Source of the DNA: Bugula neritina
Lineage: Eukaryota > Animalia > Bryozoa
NCBI GenBank assembly: GCA_964035545.1
Contig: OZ037766.1
Location: 7,368,722-7,432,721, forward strand
Reading direction: 5' to 3'
DNA length: 64,000 nucleotides
Of this stretch, positions 1-14,560 are shown piece after piece; positions within the stretch are counted from its first letter, which is position 1; every line of letters starts with the position of its first letter. The translations under genes and the position numbers were made by a program. Under the pieces are notes generated by a model. It was given only the letters and a program-made list of their open reading frames with translations. It did no database searches and was not told the origin of the DNA.

Positions 1-751
1 GTATCAATATGGCAACTCAGTAGTTGCATGTCAATTGGTAATCACAGACGGCATAGTGGCAGTCACTCACCTACACAGTTACCGTACTTCACTCCTCCTT
101 TCTACGACAATGTCACGTACTGCTACAGTTCCGGGGCTACTCATCCACTTAGTGAACGGCGGAGGCAATGCATTGCAAGTTCTTTGACTATACAGAGAGC
201 GGAAACAGGTCTGGAAGCTGAGCTACTGAATTCTACAACTCTACATATTAACCATAACATTTTCTGCAACGATAAAAGTATGCAAACACCATACGAGAGC
301 CCTACGTAAGTCAAATTCACTATGTTGTACACCTAAATGATAAATCAACTGTAATGTCTTGTCCCTTTTAACTCATGGTTTTATTAGTATATAGCTGCAA
401 TCTAGTAATAAAAATAGAAGGAAGCATTATTGGTGCTATTAATTAAAAAATCTTATAAAATGCTCAACTGTTTGTTCTAATAGACAATTAGAGATATGGG
501 AAGCGAAGATACCAGGGACTTTAGTACCGGAGTATGTGAGTAACGTATCTCAATGCGGTAACTTTACCTGTCCAGCGTGTGCTGGATGTTCTAAGACCGT
601 TCCAACTGCAGAGGCAGAAGAGAAAATACACATACAGGTTTCTGGTTGCTCACACATGAACAGTACTGACTACACATCTCCTCTAGAATTTGCATATAAA
701 TATGTAGTCGTCAAAACTAACACACGATTCCCGTGTAAATATGTAGTGTAA
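1..751 (+). CDS. IL-17-like cystine-knot protein, paralog A; 5' end cut by window edge; exons <1-305 and 484-751
   Basis: Frame open from base 1 (VSIWQLSSC, signal-peptide-like end). Donor AC|GTAAGT at 305/306 and acceptor TAATAG|A at 483/484 join ORFs 28..309 and 536..751 in frame (phase 2). Exon 2 reads ...LVPEYVSNVSQCGNFTCPACAGC...VSGC...SPLEFAYKYVVVKTNTRFPCKYVV*, which aligns with paralog B. Exon 1 has the (T)LH(I/L) motif seen in C and D. Confidence 0.72.
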
Positions 752-2383
752 CTTATCGCATACTATTTTATTATTTTAAATCAGTAGTCATTATAAAAGT
801 TAATATATTTAGCTATTTATTAGCTGCCTGCTCTTTATTTTGTTACATCATATAACTCTGATACCGGTCCAGCCTTTTGCATTTCATTTCTCAGGATCTT
901 TCAATTATTCCTATTTGAATGTCTTGAAGCCAATTGTAGAATTTGTGAGTATCAACTCTATTTTTATACATTTTTATTTTATCAATTCAAAATAGGTATT
1001 CTATTTTTACTTTTACTCAAAAAACCAACTGTAGCTACTATTGATATAAAACTTATTTGATACCATTTTTTAATAGCAATTTCATATCTATTTTGTATAA
1101 AATGTGTAATTTGTATAAATTCATTCATCAACTCTGTTTTTATACGATTTATGCTATGTTAAAAGTCTGCTTGGTATTTTATACTCAGCCTATAGTTTAT
1201 CAATAAATCTATAGCTGGTTAAAAATGACTTTTGTTTAGTAGCTATTTGTGTTAGCTACTGAAAATGTTGATTATCCAGTGAGTGCCATTGAATTTTATA
1301 AAAAGGAAGTATAAATTTCGCAAGCCAATGAGCATTCACTCGACCTCTAATAGGTTTATACAAAATAATCAATGTATACTAGTGGCATTTCGCAATTAAA
1401 AGGTAAATAAAAAGGATTGGTAGCTGGTGAATAACACAACTCAATGTATAACTGCAAAACCTTTCCATGTCAGAAGCCACCTGGAACTTGAAGATGTTTC
1501 CAAATAACTCGTCATGCATGTTTTGGTGTTGGTCTCTTTTTCTTACATTAGCAAATGGAAGCTTTTGGAAATATCTTAATGCTTATGATAGCTACATTTC
1601 ATTTACTTGAATAGCCTGTGGTAGTCATGTATATACCACTTGCACAATATGCATTATAGCAATATTATCAAAGACTGCAAAGGCTATAATTATTTGTAGA
1701 ACTATAGATAAAGAATGCGCAAAACTGTTTGCGGCTGCCTACTTTTTTTCCAATTGTCATATTATTATATTATTACCTTCTTTAATTCCAAGTGGGGTAC
1801 AAGTATTTTAAATATATCAAATTGAAATCCCATCCAGGAGATAATTGCCCAAAGCATTGCTTACCATAAACAGAGTCACATGAAGCAGTAGGAAAGACAG
1901 AAACCTATTTGCCTCAGCTTGTGTTGCTGCATAAATTCCATCTTTCCATTTAGAAAGAAACTAAATGGATGACTGTGTGTACAAATACAAATGATTTATA
2001 ACTTCAAATCTATTATTATAAATGAAAATAATAGACAATAGTTTTGGCACTCTGCCAAAGGAAAGTTGTGCATAGACTATGTGTGGTGACAACTCTTATA
2101 ATAATATGATAGCTATTCCTTAGTGAAGATTGCTTTCTTGGTATCCAACTATATAATTACATAGATCGATAAGCAATCATAATTAGTGCAATGCAATTAA
2201 GTTAGGTGAAGACAACTCTAAAAAAATTAATTTTTCAATTTTGTTTCCAATAAAAAGTTATTCAAGTTATTAGGTAAGATTATGAGTTGTAATGAATATG
2301 CCAGAATTTTATTATTGAACCTTTTATAGATTAGAGTTTACTTGTGTTTAAACACAATGGTTAATCCAAACTGTCTGTTTAGC

Positions 2384-2387
<4 letters not shown>

Positions 2388-2447
<60 letters not shown>
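2388..2447. repeat. (AT)n microsatellite
   Basis: Perfect dinucleotide run. Confidence 0.97.
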
Positions 2448-2451
<4 letters not shown>

Positions 2452-2547
2452 ATACCAGAAATAAGCAAACCTGTTCTCAAAATGATTGATTATATGCATG
2501 CATGGTTCAACTTAACAGATTTAAACTTGTTAGAACTTTTTATGGCA

Positions 2548-3225
2548 TTAACATCTTGATGAAGAAGTACGATTCAGAAGAGAAGGAGCCACTACCTAAA
2601 AGTGCGCAGTTCAACTATCTAGGTACCACCATTCACCAAGAGGGAGGATTTCTTAGAGAAGTAGAGCTGCGCATCTCTAAGGCATGGAGCAAATGGCGCG
2701 ACTTAAGCGGAGTACCGTGCGACAGAAAAATGCCAACGCACTTGAAAGTTTTCATATATAAGACTGCCATTCGCCCTACTCTAACATACGGAAATGAGAC
2801 CTGGCCTGTTACAGGAACTCTGGTAGACAAGGTTAGCTCCTGTGAGATGCGCATGTTAAGGTACTGCGTAGGGATAAGTTTAGAAGATCACAAAAGAAAT
2901 GAAGAGATAACGACAGAAGCTAATATTATGCCAATCAGAGATGTCTTGAGAAAAAAGAGGGTGGAATGGTATGGCCTTGTTTGCCGACGCAAGAAAGATG
3001 AAGATATCAGGAAAGTATATGAAATAAGGGTGGAGAGAAGCAGAGGGCATGCTCGGCCAAAACAATTTTGGAGAAATACAATCAAAGCTGACCTCCGCTG
3101 GCTAGATCTAAACCAGAATGACACAAGTGACCGAGTGAGATGGAAAAGTCTGGTTCACCTGAGGGTTACGCAAAAACCCGCCACCCGATCAGGAAATGGT
3201 GGAGAAAGGTGAGAAGGTGAGAAGA
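2548..3225 (+). mobile_element. 5'-truncated RTE-clade non-LTR retrotransposon (end of RT and C-terminal region)
   Basis: ORF 2502..3212 contains FNYLGTTI...EVELRISKAWSKWR...IRPTLTYGNETW...EMRMLR...WYG, typical of RTE ORF C-termini. Short tandem 3' tail (GAAGGTGA/GAA). Imperfect 16-bp TSD AGAACTTT[T/C]TATG[G/A]CA at 2532-2547 and 3226-3241. Confidence 0.9.
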
Positions 3226-6200
3226 AGAACTTTCTATGACAAATGATTGAAACAACCAGCAAACTTTTCTGGTAACCTTCAACTGTGTTATTGCTTTGTA
3301 TTTGGAGTTATGTGCTCTCATGTTGAGTTTTAGCTCAATTCGGTTTATCCTTTTGTAGCACATGCTTAAAAATTTAGTAAATAGAGACAAACTAAAATTA
3401 ATTTACTAAAATATCATACTAAAATATTTTTAAAGTCATGTTACAATGTTAAATAAGTTATTAATATTTTTAATTACCATTATGTAACTTACATATTGTA
3501 TGTGCATCACTGAAAAAAGTTATGGCTTTGCTGTCTAATATAAAATGAAAAAAAATAGAACAATATAATAATTTGATGGTATTTGGAACTATGCATGCAA
3601 GAGAGCACAATTTCTGTTTGTAAGTTTATTCAGATGTTAAATTAATATTTGTTTCTTGGCTAAAGGAAATATACAGTAATATTACAGCTGCCAATCTACA
3701 GCATCTAATACATTGTAAATAATAACTCTGCTTCTATATATAATTATGACAGCATATTAAAATCATGAAGCCAGGAACGTAAACTCCAACATACTGTAAA
3801 GAAAGTGTGTATTCCAAATTCTTTTTACAAAAAAAACCAGCATGCTTTACACTGGAAGCATCAATGAATAATTATCTAACTCTGCAAGTAATTGGAAAAA
3901 ACTGTGTTTTAGAGATAATCTACTCTTAATTGGCACAAAAATATGTGGCTGATTCCATGCAATGCAGTTGATAGGCAAATATTTAGCTTCCAACTATTCA
4001 TGCAACCCATAAAGGAGGCCTGTGAAAATGTTTCAGTTACCAAATTTCTGGAATGTTTCAATCCTAATGGCGGAAGGTGTAGTATATGCCTTTGTATCCA
4101 AACTAAGGTTTTCTTACCACTATGCTAAACCCTATAATTGGTCTAGGAAAATCATAAGTCTTCTCTATTCCATCTTCTTTATGCCTATTTTAAATACCTT
4201 GAACAAAACAAAATAGCTGGTGGAGATATCTCACCAAAAGTAGACAGCTAATTATACAATAAACTCAATATATATTTAATTCTTATTTTATCTAAATCAA
4301 TGTAAATTACAATGCTATATATATGCACTCTGTGCATATATGCACCCTATGGCTTTATTTAAATACTTTTAATTTTGTAATAACTTTAACCATCAGGTCC
4401 TTTGTTTATATTTAGTGGTGATTGGCACCAAAATATAATTGAAATAATGGAATTTAGCAGTATGTACCCTAGATTAGTAGATACATTGATTTGGTAGTAT
4501 TTTGTTATAATAACTGCTTTTTTTTTATCACTGTTTATAAAATTTTGAAAGTTCCGTAATGGGGAAAAAATATATAAGCATACTAGATATTTACTAAAAA
4601 TATTTTTAGTTTTTTAATAACACCAATCTGATAAAAATAGTACAATTAGTCTGTGTATTTAGAAGGCATGCATCCCCCACACATTGAGTGCTGAGCTGTA
4701 AATATTATTGTTGCTAGCTAATACTCAATGAGTTATTGTGTATTAAGTAAATACCACTGAACAATCGTCTTAGCAAATAGCAAGTAATGAATTGAATGAA
4801 AGTCTGGAGACTGCAGTCTGATTGAGATCAATTTCCACTATAGCTACAATGACTCAATAAGGCTGGGCTACATTTCAGTGCTATTTTTACTTCTGTTTTC
4901 AGCTGTTCATTACGAATGTACCACCATTGTACAGTTCTGCTTACCAAATATATTTGAATACTTGTAATTCTATAGTATTTTGAGTCATACCTTTTAATGA
5001 ACTATATCCTCCATAGAAAGTACTATAATCTATAGCTATGTGTGGGCTTGTTTCAACTTGAGTGGTTTGATTTTAGGCGTTGTTAAGGATGGCTAAACAT
5101 GAGAAAACTTTCAAGCTCGGGCTCAATCTGACTGATTTATATTTGTTGGAATAAACGTATAGGTTTCACTGCTTAAAGGACTTATTCCCCCTTTCACTTA
5201 GCAAATCTTTAGCTAATATTAATACTAACAATTATTTGCTACACTGCTCACTGATTGTAATGTCATAAAGGAAAAGTTTATAGCTAGAATGCAGGAAATC
5301 TGTAGTTTTTTTGACTGATTATTCATTTTTTTAAATTTCTTTTGTTTATTTTAGTGCTCAATATTAACTGAAATTGAGATAAAAAATAACAATTTAAATA
5401 AGCAGGCTGTGATAGCATTGACTTTAAATAATTGTTGCATTATCTAAAATTCGTTTTGAAACAAATCTAAATATCTGCTAATTATTGATTGTTTAACGCA
5501 TAATGCCTTAGTCAACTGGCTGCACTTTCCCATAAAAATGATGAAGAAATTTGTATATAACCCAAGCATATTATTACATCATTCTATCTTTTAAAGACAT
5601 AAATGGGTGATAATTTATAAACTTTTGTTTGGCAATCTTTCTTGAATAGAAAGAATCAGACTTACTTTACAATCAAGTTAATATAAGACAAGCTTGTATA
5701 GTGAGTTGTTTGAAGCTTCTTTAGCTAAATCTATAAACAGCTAACGCATGATCCAAAAAGTAGAAAGTAATTCTCTCCCGTTGAAAGTAATGTTCCAAAA
5801 GTTATCTGTTGGTAAATAACCAATGGGGATTGGCTAGCAAAGTCAATGAAGTAAGAATCACCAGACTAGACCTGTGATGCTGAATTTCAACTTCTGCTTT
5901 TCCTGCATCTCTCTCCGTGACATAACAATGCAGTTTCTGTTCTACCAATAACAAATGAGGAATTAGATTGATAAAACACACAGGTTTCCTTGATGAGTTA
6001 CTGATTACTTTCAACTCAATAAGTAATCGATTTTCAATTATTTCTCCTCCCCATGCAGCACGTAGCATTTCAAAAGTTAGCATAAGTAAATTTTTTTATT
6101 CAATAAGCATATAAGCATTATATTTTTATAAGTGTGGGATAATATAGGAATAAAATTGTTTGCCATAGCCACCAATTAGTGTTGTAAAGTAAGTATGCAA

Positions 6201-6242
6201 TGATATATAATATAACATATAGTATGATAAACTATAATACTC

Positions 6243-6453
6243 ACTCACGCAAGTTTTGAGTCGCTATATCCATGTGAGAAAACCCTTGATGGAAGAGGTT
6301 TTTGTTAAATCGGGCTAAGGACTTATTAAAATGAGGCACAGAAGCAATTATGACTGGATGCTCTTCCTGACATCACCAATGGCCTTTGTCTGGGCTCAAA
6401 CCCATGACCTCGTGTTTACTAGGCAAACGTTCTAACCCCTAGACCGCGGCTGC
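6243..6453 (-). mobile_element. tRNA-Thr(AGT)-derived SINE, copy 1
   Basis: Reverse complement aligns with copies at 16378 and 34866. tRNA-like head with A box (CGGTCTAGGGG), CTAGTAAACA anticodon arm and B-box-like GGTTTGAGCC, followed by core TGGTGATGTCAGGAAGAGCATCCAGTCATAA. Confidence 0.85.
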
Positions 6454-7515
6454 TGATAAGCTATAATACAACTGATGTTATATGCTACATAGCATAATAT
6501 AATATAATAATATAACATTATATAGCAGTATTATATTATATAATACCTATTACATAATAATTCATATAATATTATGTTTACCATGCATATTTTAAAATAT
6601 GAAGTAAGCACTGAATTAGATATTGCAGCTGTATTGGTTTTTTGTCTACTCACTGCTGCATCAATTTCAGAGCTGGAGTTGATCAACAAAATAACAATTA
6701 AGCAACTTTGAACCGTAACATCAATATTTCAATTTTATAAATAATTTAGCAGAAAATTCTATAGTATTATTTGCTGTGGTAAGACAAAGTTGTGATAAGA
6801 GAAATTTGGTTACATATATAGTTTCTCATTAAAATAAATTTTTTCAATTTTAATTTAACTAAGCAGCAATTTATTTGGTGAAACGCTTAAGACTTAGATA
6901 CGTTTTTATTAAATTGCATGTAACTGACTATTATTGAAATGTCTACAATAATTATGAACATAAGAATATATTTTTCTTTCAGTAATATTAAAGTACATAA
7001 ATCTTATTTATAACTTGAAGAAATCAAAATTTACAACAAGTCAAGAAATCATCAAGAAAATATATTCATCTGCTATAAATATAACAAATTATCCTTGAAT
7101 AAAAGATTTTGAGAATTTCTTCTTTTTTCAACTACAAAAATCTATAAAAGAGGTTAAATATAATTTTTGAAAGATGCAGCAGTGAGGATTTTATAAACTA
7201 GTTTCTATAACAGTTATATAGGTATGGTCCATTTTTAAATAATTTGTACTTCTTTGAATAATTTTTATTTCGCAATGTTTTGTATAATTTACAGTTTGTA
7301 CCTTATCAGAAAATCAGTTGATTTAAATTGGTGAAAATGGCTAGAGTGAACATTTCTTTTCAATAATCCAATAGTTATAGCATATGTATCTATATTACTG
7401 CAAGCAAATAGCATATGTATCTATACTGCAAGCAAATAGCTTGGAAATTTGTGTTGAAGTTTTTAAACACTTTTAGGAAAACTCTTGGAATATAAACATA
7501 GTACCATTGTAAAAG

Positions 7516-7736
7516 TGAGTCAGTCAGCATGCATGTAATTGATTACCTTGAGTCAGCAGCGTTCACATCCTTAGTTACCAAAAAACTTTCCATTTTAAAA
7601 TTGACATTAAGGAAACTAAGTTTGCCAGGTGATTGGATAAACAATGGATAAACTGAAGCAAATCATATTCCTAACTGTAATATGTATCTATAATATAACT
7701 TTTTGGAAACCCATAAAAATTGTACCTATATAAAAG
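7516..7736 (+). promoter_or_regulatory. Putative promoter of paralog B: two AP-1 sites and a TATA box
   Basis: TGAGTCA at 7516-7522 and 7549-7555; TATATAAAAG at 7727-7736, about 70 bp upstream of the ATG at 7802. Confidence 0.55.
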
Positions 7737-7801
7737 AACCAGCAATTAGATGATTTACATTTGTATTTTACAACTGATAGAACTACAAGCCAGCAGCAAA
7801 C

Positions 7802-8811
7802 ATGAATTCTTTACGTATGTCGATTTTGTTGACAGCACTGAGTGCAGTTGTATCAACGTTACCAATATCTAACGGTTCTGAAAACAACTTGACTATGTGC
7901 TCGCTTTTGAATGCTACACGAGATGATGACCAGGTGAATCAGGAATACAACAGAGGACTGTCTGCTAACCTTTCTTCTCTGGAAACAATGTCGTTATTCA
8001 ACTCGAGCAGATTTTACATAAGTGACACCAGTCCTTGTTTACTTGTCGGCCTGCCGATGTAAGTAATTAACATTTTTCAATGTTGCATATACTTTCAACA
8101 CTGTTTATTGCAGGTATTTTTAACGTATAAAAGTAATCTAATCTGTAGTACAGAGCAAATATTAATTAGATGGTATTTTTTTAAGTTTTTTGTTTTATAT
8201 TGAGACAATATTGCATTGAAATGTAGTTAGTGTAACATGCTTATACTGAAAATTTTGCCTAAAGAATCATATACTCGAATAAGAAGTCTCTATTTTGCTG
8301 CATATATTCAGTATATAGCATTCATCCATAAAGTGCAATGCAGTGCTCTTTAACTTGAAACCTTACGTTGCCTTCAATCTGCAGCTTCAGGCTGAGAGAT
8401 GTTTGTACAAACACACACAATTGTCTTGTTACACAACTTCACACTAATTTATTTAATAATTTTCGGCTATTCATGCTATAAAAACTATTGATGTAAATAA
8501 CTTATATATATATAGATAATAAAAATAATTTGTTATTGTTTTGCAGTAAAAGACTGACATATGGAGATATCCACGGTCAGATGAATAACAGTACTGTAGA
8601 ATCTGTAGAGATGTGTAACAACTACAGCTCCTGTCCTAGAGTCAGCTACAGGCTGGTCGCTAAGCCAGTACATGACTACAAAGTTCGAGTTATTGCTCAT
8701 TCATGTGAAAGAAGAATAGTTGGACCCAACTTGTCACCTGTCTGGAAATATATATACAAAGCTGTAAAATTTCATGTTGTGAAGAACTATATATGCGTAC
8801 GACCAAATTAA
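7802..8811 (+). CDS. Secreted IL-17-like cystine-knot protein, paralog B (173 aa); exons 7802-8058 and 8547-8811
   Basis: Signal peptide MNSLRMSILLTALSAVVST. Donor AT|GTAAGT and acceptor TTGCAG|T join in frame (phase 2). Exon 2 reads ...VESVEMCNNYSSCP...AHSC...SPVWKYIYKAVKFHVVKNYICVRPN*. Many N-x-S/T sequons. The gene model is solid; the family call rests on paralogy with C and D. Confidence 0.75.
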
Positions 8812-11327
8812 CTGCAAGCAAAAGTTTTGCGTTACTCTTGGTCTCGGTTGGTGAGCTTTGTCGAATCTCTCAAAAATTCAAAAATTTAACTCTACAAAAA
8901 TATTCGTAAGATCTACAATAATCAGATTGTCTCACAGTTAATGATCTGTTGAATGTCTGCTGCTTTTTATATGGTATTTATATTCTTATAAGATATGTTT
9001 GGTCTTTGAATCAAACATCTATCCTAATTTTCTTTTAAATTTTTGCAATTTTTCATATAAAATTGGCATTACCAAGTAACTTAATCTATTAACAAAAAAC
9101 TCATTTATTTACTATAACAGTTATGATGTTTTTTGTTTTAAGCAAATGTATTCACAAATTATTTTAGACTTTAATTTGAATGTCAAAAATATAGTCATTG
9201 GAAATCTAATTCATAATTTGTTTTGTTTACAACGATTTTGCTTTAACATTTAAGGCAGCTAAACTAAATTCATTTCATTTTCTAGTATAACCATCTTCTG
9301 TTCACAAAAGAGAGAACGGTGAACAGCCACTTGAAAACTAGTATCAGCATTTTTAAAGCCATTGCTTACTATATATAAACTTTAGTTTTTGTGGAAAATC
9401 AACCTGCCACAACTAAATTTATAGGTAGAGAAAAAATAAACAGTATGCAAGGCTTTGATCTCTTACAGCACCTACATTTAGTTATTATAGTATAATCGCA
9501 AAAAGCTCTTATTAACTGCTCCAAACAATTTTGAGCTCCAACTAAAAATTAATTTTCCTACTGCAAGAAAACCTTGAACTTATACCTTCTATCAGTGGCC
9601 GCAAACCACAACTACTTCAGATAAAGTAAGTATTTCAGTTAATCTTTTCTGCTTGCAGAATATACTAACTTTATAAAGATAATATACATCATTTTACTCA
9701 TCTTGCTGCAACCTATAGCTTCAACTATACAGCAGTGGCTATAAAGCTATTTGCAACCGTGAAAAAAACTATTTTTAGTTTGATCAATAGCCCAGTGCTA
9801 TATATTCCATTTTACAGCCATTTTGACAAAAATTCATACTAATTGACAAACCAACTGCGTTGTATTTTATGCAGTATATTATACTCTTATATTCGTTGAG
9901 GCTTACGACTCATTTCTGTTAAGTCTTACATTATATCTAATTTGAGAAACTGTAAATGAAGATATAATATAATTATGACAAACTGCATGGATATGACAAC
10001 TACAACCTACACACAAGGAAGCAAACTTTGTTATATTATGAAGTCATTACTTGTTTATTTGTTCCTCATATCAACTGATTGGATAAAACAACAGTTTCCT
10101 GTATGTAAAGTTATAGAATGCTTTACAGTAGCATCTGTAGGTATACAAGGATTTGTTTTAATAAATAATATGATGTCTTCAACAACACCAAGTGAATCTT
10201 AAAGTTCCAAATTATGGGAAAATTGAATTCCGTTTCCCTAACGGATGTTTTAGTAAAAAAATTGTATATATCTATACAAAGTGGATTGGCTTATAGGCAC
10301 GTGATATAGTTTCACAAAAGTAGCAGTTGCATGCTTACAAAATGTATGATCATGGTTTTAATTATTAACTTTAGCTTAATTCTTGCTGAGGTTGTGAAAG
10401 GATGTGTCACCCTTATTATTCTCACAGGGAGTCTATTTAATATGATATACAAAAATAAAACGACCATAACGTATCACTTGAGCGCATAAATGGTAGTAAT
10501 TCATTTATAATCTTCAGTTTTAGTTTTATTTGGCATCATGTTTTTTTACAACTTGCATGGTTCTGTGTAGCAGGGGTTTTATGGCCGAATGGCCTTTGTG
10601 TCGTGAGCCCTCTGTGTTTCTTTTATCCGTTTGCTGGCTTACACTCCTATGTTAAGCCACATACAAGTATGGCTACTCATGTAGAACTATAGAGATATAG
10701 GTGAGAAACTGCTACAACTCAAGAGAAAAGCTTGCATATTATTGCAATTGCAATAAAAGGGAAAAGTGGCTGTCTTTTTAATTGCTTAACTAATCTATTT
10801 CAAGCTCTGTTGGCTCCTGCTAATCAAATGCAGGTTTATAAGCAGCGTAAGGTGTGATCACTACTTAGGAATGTAATTTGTTTTTAAAGCCATGAGGTCA
10901 TGTCAGAGTGTCTTTTAGCAGTGTACTAAAGTTTTATTTAATGAAAATGCTGTGTCTTTACATACAAACAGATTTTCTATAAAGTTAATACAACCATCGC
11001 ATTATTTGTAGCCGTCAAAAATAGCTTAGCACAAAACTGCTTTGGCTGCTGTTCATGCTAATTAAGTTAACATAATATAGTGAGTGATTATAGCAATACA
11101 CCTACGGATTATTCACCCAAGATGTCAAAACAGTTACTTCCTCATTTATGCCTGATTGTGGCTATATGACTGTGGTAGGAGTTGCTGTTAGTCTCGCCCT
11201 ACCACTGCATGGCAATGCTGATGCTCTAGGGCTAAACATGCAGTCTATAGGGCACTTTAAAATTGAAACAGTTTTAGCAATTTCTATATTCAATTATAAA
11301 TTTATAAACATATTTTTCCTTGCGTTA

Positions 11328-11455
<128 letters not shown>

Positions 11456-13296
11456 AGTAATAAGCAGTTGTACTGAAGATTGCTAGCGGTAGCCTCAACT
11501 CTTCAACATTAAACGTTTAATAATGGGATATTTTTGTCTCTAAATTTTAAATTCATCAATAAACATATATATATATCCGTGTTTGACGAAGGGCTGTAGC
11601 CTGTAGAATTGTAAACTAAATTGTTGCTGTCAAAAATGAGCTTTTTACACTTTTTTGCCCAGATAAGAGAAATAGGAAATGCATTAAAGCAAAGTGGTAG
11701 GTTTCCTGTATTGTTATATTGGTTATATTTCAAAGTTAAAAAGATAATTATTGGAGTAATTTAATATTGTTATTTAATATCCTCATGACTAATTGATAGC
11801 TATCATGTGCTATATGAAGGCCACAAGTTCTCCCTATTTGGAAAAGGAAATTTTTATTTCTATCTTTGCGTAGGCTGAGTATAGAACTATAGTGCATTAT
11901 GTAACGCATTTGTCATTCATCGCTGTTGTGATGAGGATATAATGTACTGCCGAACTAAAACTGCCCTTCTCCGGGTTATTGTAGCGTACATTATGATTTT
12001 GGGAATGTTATTACGCAAATATTGTTGGTTTTTCCAAGCGAGATAGTGGAGATCACGCGTGACTGAGTAATGGTACCATGGCAACACGCTTGCTAAATCG
12101 TGTTGAATACTATTACATCGCTAATGATCAAGTTCGGTACGCGTGACTCTGCGATAGCAGATGAAATACCGCTTTGAGATTTTTTTCAGGTCGTTAGAGT
12201 CAGGAGGATATTAGTTTAAACTAAATAGAATGTATCATCATATTTGAAAATTGAACTTTAATCAGCTTAAATAATGTTACTTTGCAGTTCATCTTTGAAA
12301 GCCCTTTGCTGGTTTCAGGCATTTCTTTGGATCATCCCACTGCCAGTTTTAAGCAATTAATAGTAACTATTTTAAATAAATATCTATAATGTAATTGTGC
12401 TTTTTAGCACAAAGTTTTAGCTGTAAACAATATACAGCAAAAATATAGGTATTAACATTGCATACCAACACATAAAACTCAGCCTTAGCAGACTCAACAG
12501 CAAGCTTTTAAACCATATGGAATAAAATTATGCAAGTGGAAAAAACTGTTTACTATGAGTCTAATATTTTCATTTTGCTGTTTCAGCACTGAATCTAGGT
12601 TTGAAGCTATGCTAGATTTTACTTGAAAGGAATGAAAATCATCAAGTGCAAAATTTAGTTTAAAGTTGTTTTAATATAGGCTACTTAATATGCAATTTTA
12701 AATTTGTGAACTCAAAAAACTATAAACACTATAGATAACTGATCAAGCATATATAAATTAAAGATTAGATTGATAACAGCAGTATGTAAATAGAAATATG
12801 TGGGTTAAAGCTGTCAGGTTTTATATGTGGTAATTATGCTACCCTAGGTTGCTTGCAGTAGGTATGTTATGGTATAGTTGGTTTCACTTTTGCTAATTAC
12901 TCAGTGTTGTTTATGAATGTTAATCCATTGCATGGAATAGTTTTATTAAGGAGCAGAACTGATGCTGTGATATATCCTTTGACATTCATATTTTGTATTA
13001 CTTGGAAAATATTATTTTAGATTAGAGCTGTATATATTTCTTATGGAAGCTTCATCAGTTTTGCTCTATCAGTTGATTCCATTGAAAGGCACAGTTTATT
13101 TATAATGCACATAGTGTGCTCTCTCTTATCAATGGGCAGTTTTCAAATACTACGTAGGAAAATCCAACTTAGTTGTATTTTCCCACTCAGCAAATAAATA
13201 CAGGGTCATACCAAACGACTCTTCAGATACAAATAAGCTCTCTTGCGACTTTATTGATAGTGACATCAGCTAAGAGAGTGGTGATAAGTAGACAAA

Positions 13297-13985
13297 ATGA
13301 AAATTATCATATTAACAAAGATTATCTTTCAATACTTCACTTTAGCTTGGGCTTGCAGCTCATTATACGCTGAGGATGTTATCTGTAAACCTCTTTCACA
13401 AAAGGCTTTAGCAAAAAGACTGCTATCTGCCAAGAATTCTCCAGATGCCACGATTTATCCGGTCAAGACTTTCAAACAGTTGCACTTACACCAAGTTGAT
13501 CCGGAGGATGAAGAGCGTCCAGACAAATGCACAAACACAAGCAGTCGAAGAAAAAGCACAATATTTCATTTTCAATCTTATCCCGGATGGTAAGTTCACT
13601 AGATAATATATATCAATAGTTACTGCGCATCACACTGATAATGCTTCATTTGTTTGCGTAATTACTATAGTAGATCTTCAGCAACGGTTCTGACTTTTTT
13701 AGGTACCGCACAACTTGGGCTGTAGACTTCTCTAACAAGGATGCAATACCTATCTATCCTAACCTACTAGTACACAACAGATGCTGTGACGACACTTGCT
13801 ACATTCCAAGTGGAAAAGGTTTATTTCAACCAGGAATAGTCAAGCAGAGAGTTGAAGACACTATTGTATTGCAGCAAAAGAATGGGTGCACTACTGGTGG
13901 GTTTAAAAGATATCAGCCAGTTATAGTTAAACGGTCGCTTTCTTGTCACTGCACCTACCCTCCTCCCCCAATGCCTTCCCTTTAA
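13297..13985 (+). CDS. Secreted IL-17-like cytokine, paralog C (191 aa); exons 13297-13589 and 13703-13985
   Basis: Hydrophobic N-terminus. Donor TG|GTAAGT and acceptor TTTTTTAG|G rebuild a Trp codon. Exon 2 (absent from the ORF track) reads WYRTTWAVDFSNKDAIPIYPNLLVHNRCCDDTCYIPSGKGLFQPGIVKQRVEDTIVLQQKNGCTTGGFKRYQPVIVKRSLSCHCTYPPPPMPSL*. This follows the IL-17 pattern W...YP..L....C-x4-C...VL....C....Y......C-x-C. Confidence 0.85.
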
Positions 13986-14489
13986 TTGAGTAACTGAGAA
14001 CTGGAATTTAGATAACCAGAGAAAGATAATCAACTATCTAGTCAATCAATCATCAATGCATTCTTCCTACAGTAATAGCTGTAACTCCATGTCTACTATA
14101 TAACCAAAGATCTGACCACACTTTGATAACTGATACAATGTTTGGTGTTGATATCATAATATTGTACAAGTTTGATATTTTATCCGGATTAAAAAGTTGT
14201 TTAATTCAATTGTTTGAATACCAGTGATTTACAGCTTCCTTTTTATGCTGACTTTTTTATTCATTTTTATAGTTTGCAGTAATATTCATTACCTGTTATA
14301 GCCCATTATATTACCTGTGTAACAGTGAAATCTAAAAGAATTCACTTTATCTATACCGTTTAACAATTATTTTTATATGGTTTTTGAAAACATTTCTTTA
14401 TTACTTGTTTGATAGAAAGTTGTGAGATAATCGAAGATTTTATATATAATTTATTGGTGCAGTGTATGAGCAACCTTTACAGTAGCACA

Positions 14490-14560
14490 TACTACTACTA
14501 CTACTACTACTAGTAGTAGTACTACTACTACTACTACTACTACTTCTACTACTACAACTA
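14490..14560. repeat. (TAC)n/(TAG)n microsatellite
   Basis: Trinucleotide run with a short internal strand switch. Confidence 0.9.

Noticed and set aside
2502-2547. N-terminus of the 236-aa ORF as part of a real gene
   Set aside because: Lies in host flank and TSD upstream of the truncated LINE; chance in-frame ATG.
7378-7440. Short two-copy tandem duplications (also about 21462-21506 and 50991-51050)
   Set aside because: Ordinary slippage duplications with no further structure.
11737-12300. CpG-rich patch with repeated ACGCGTGACT, possible old MITE
   Set aside because: Termini too degenerate to define TIRs or a TSD by eye.
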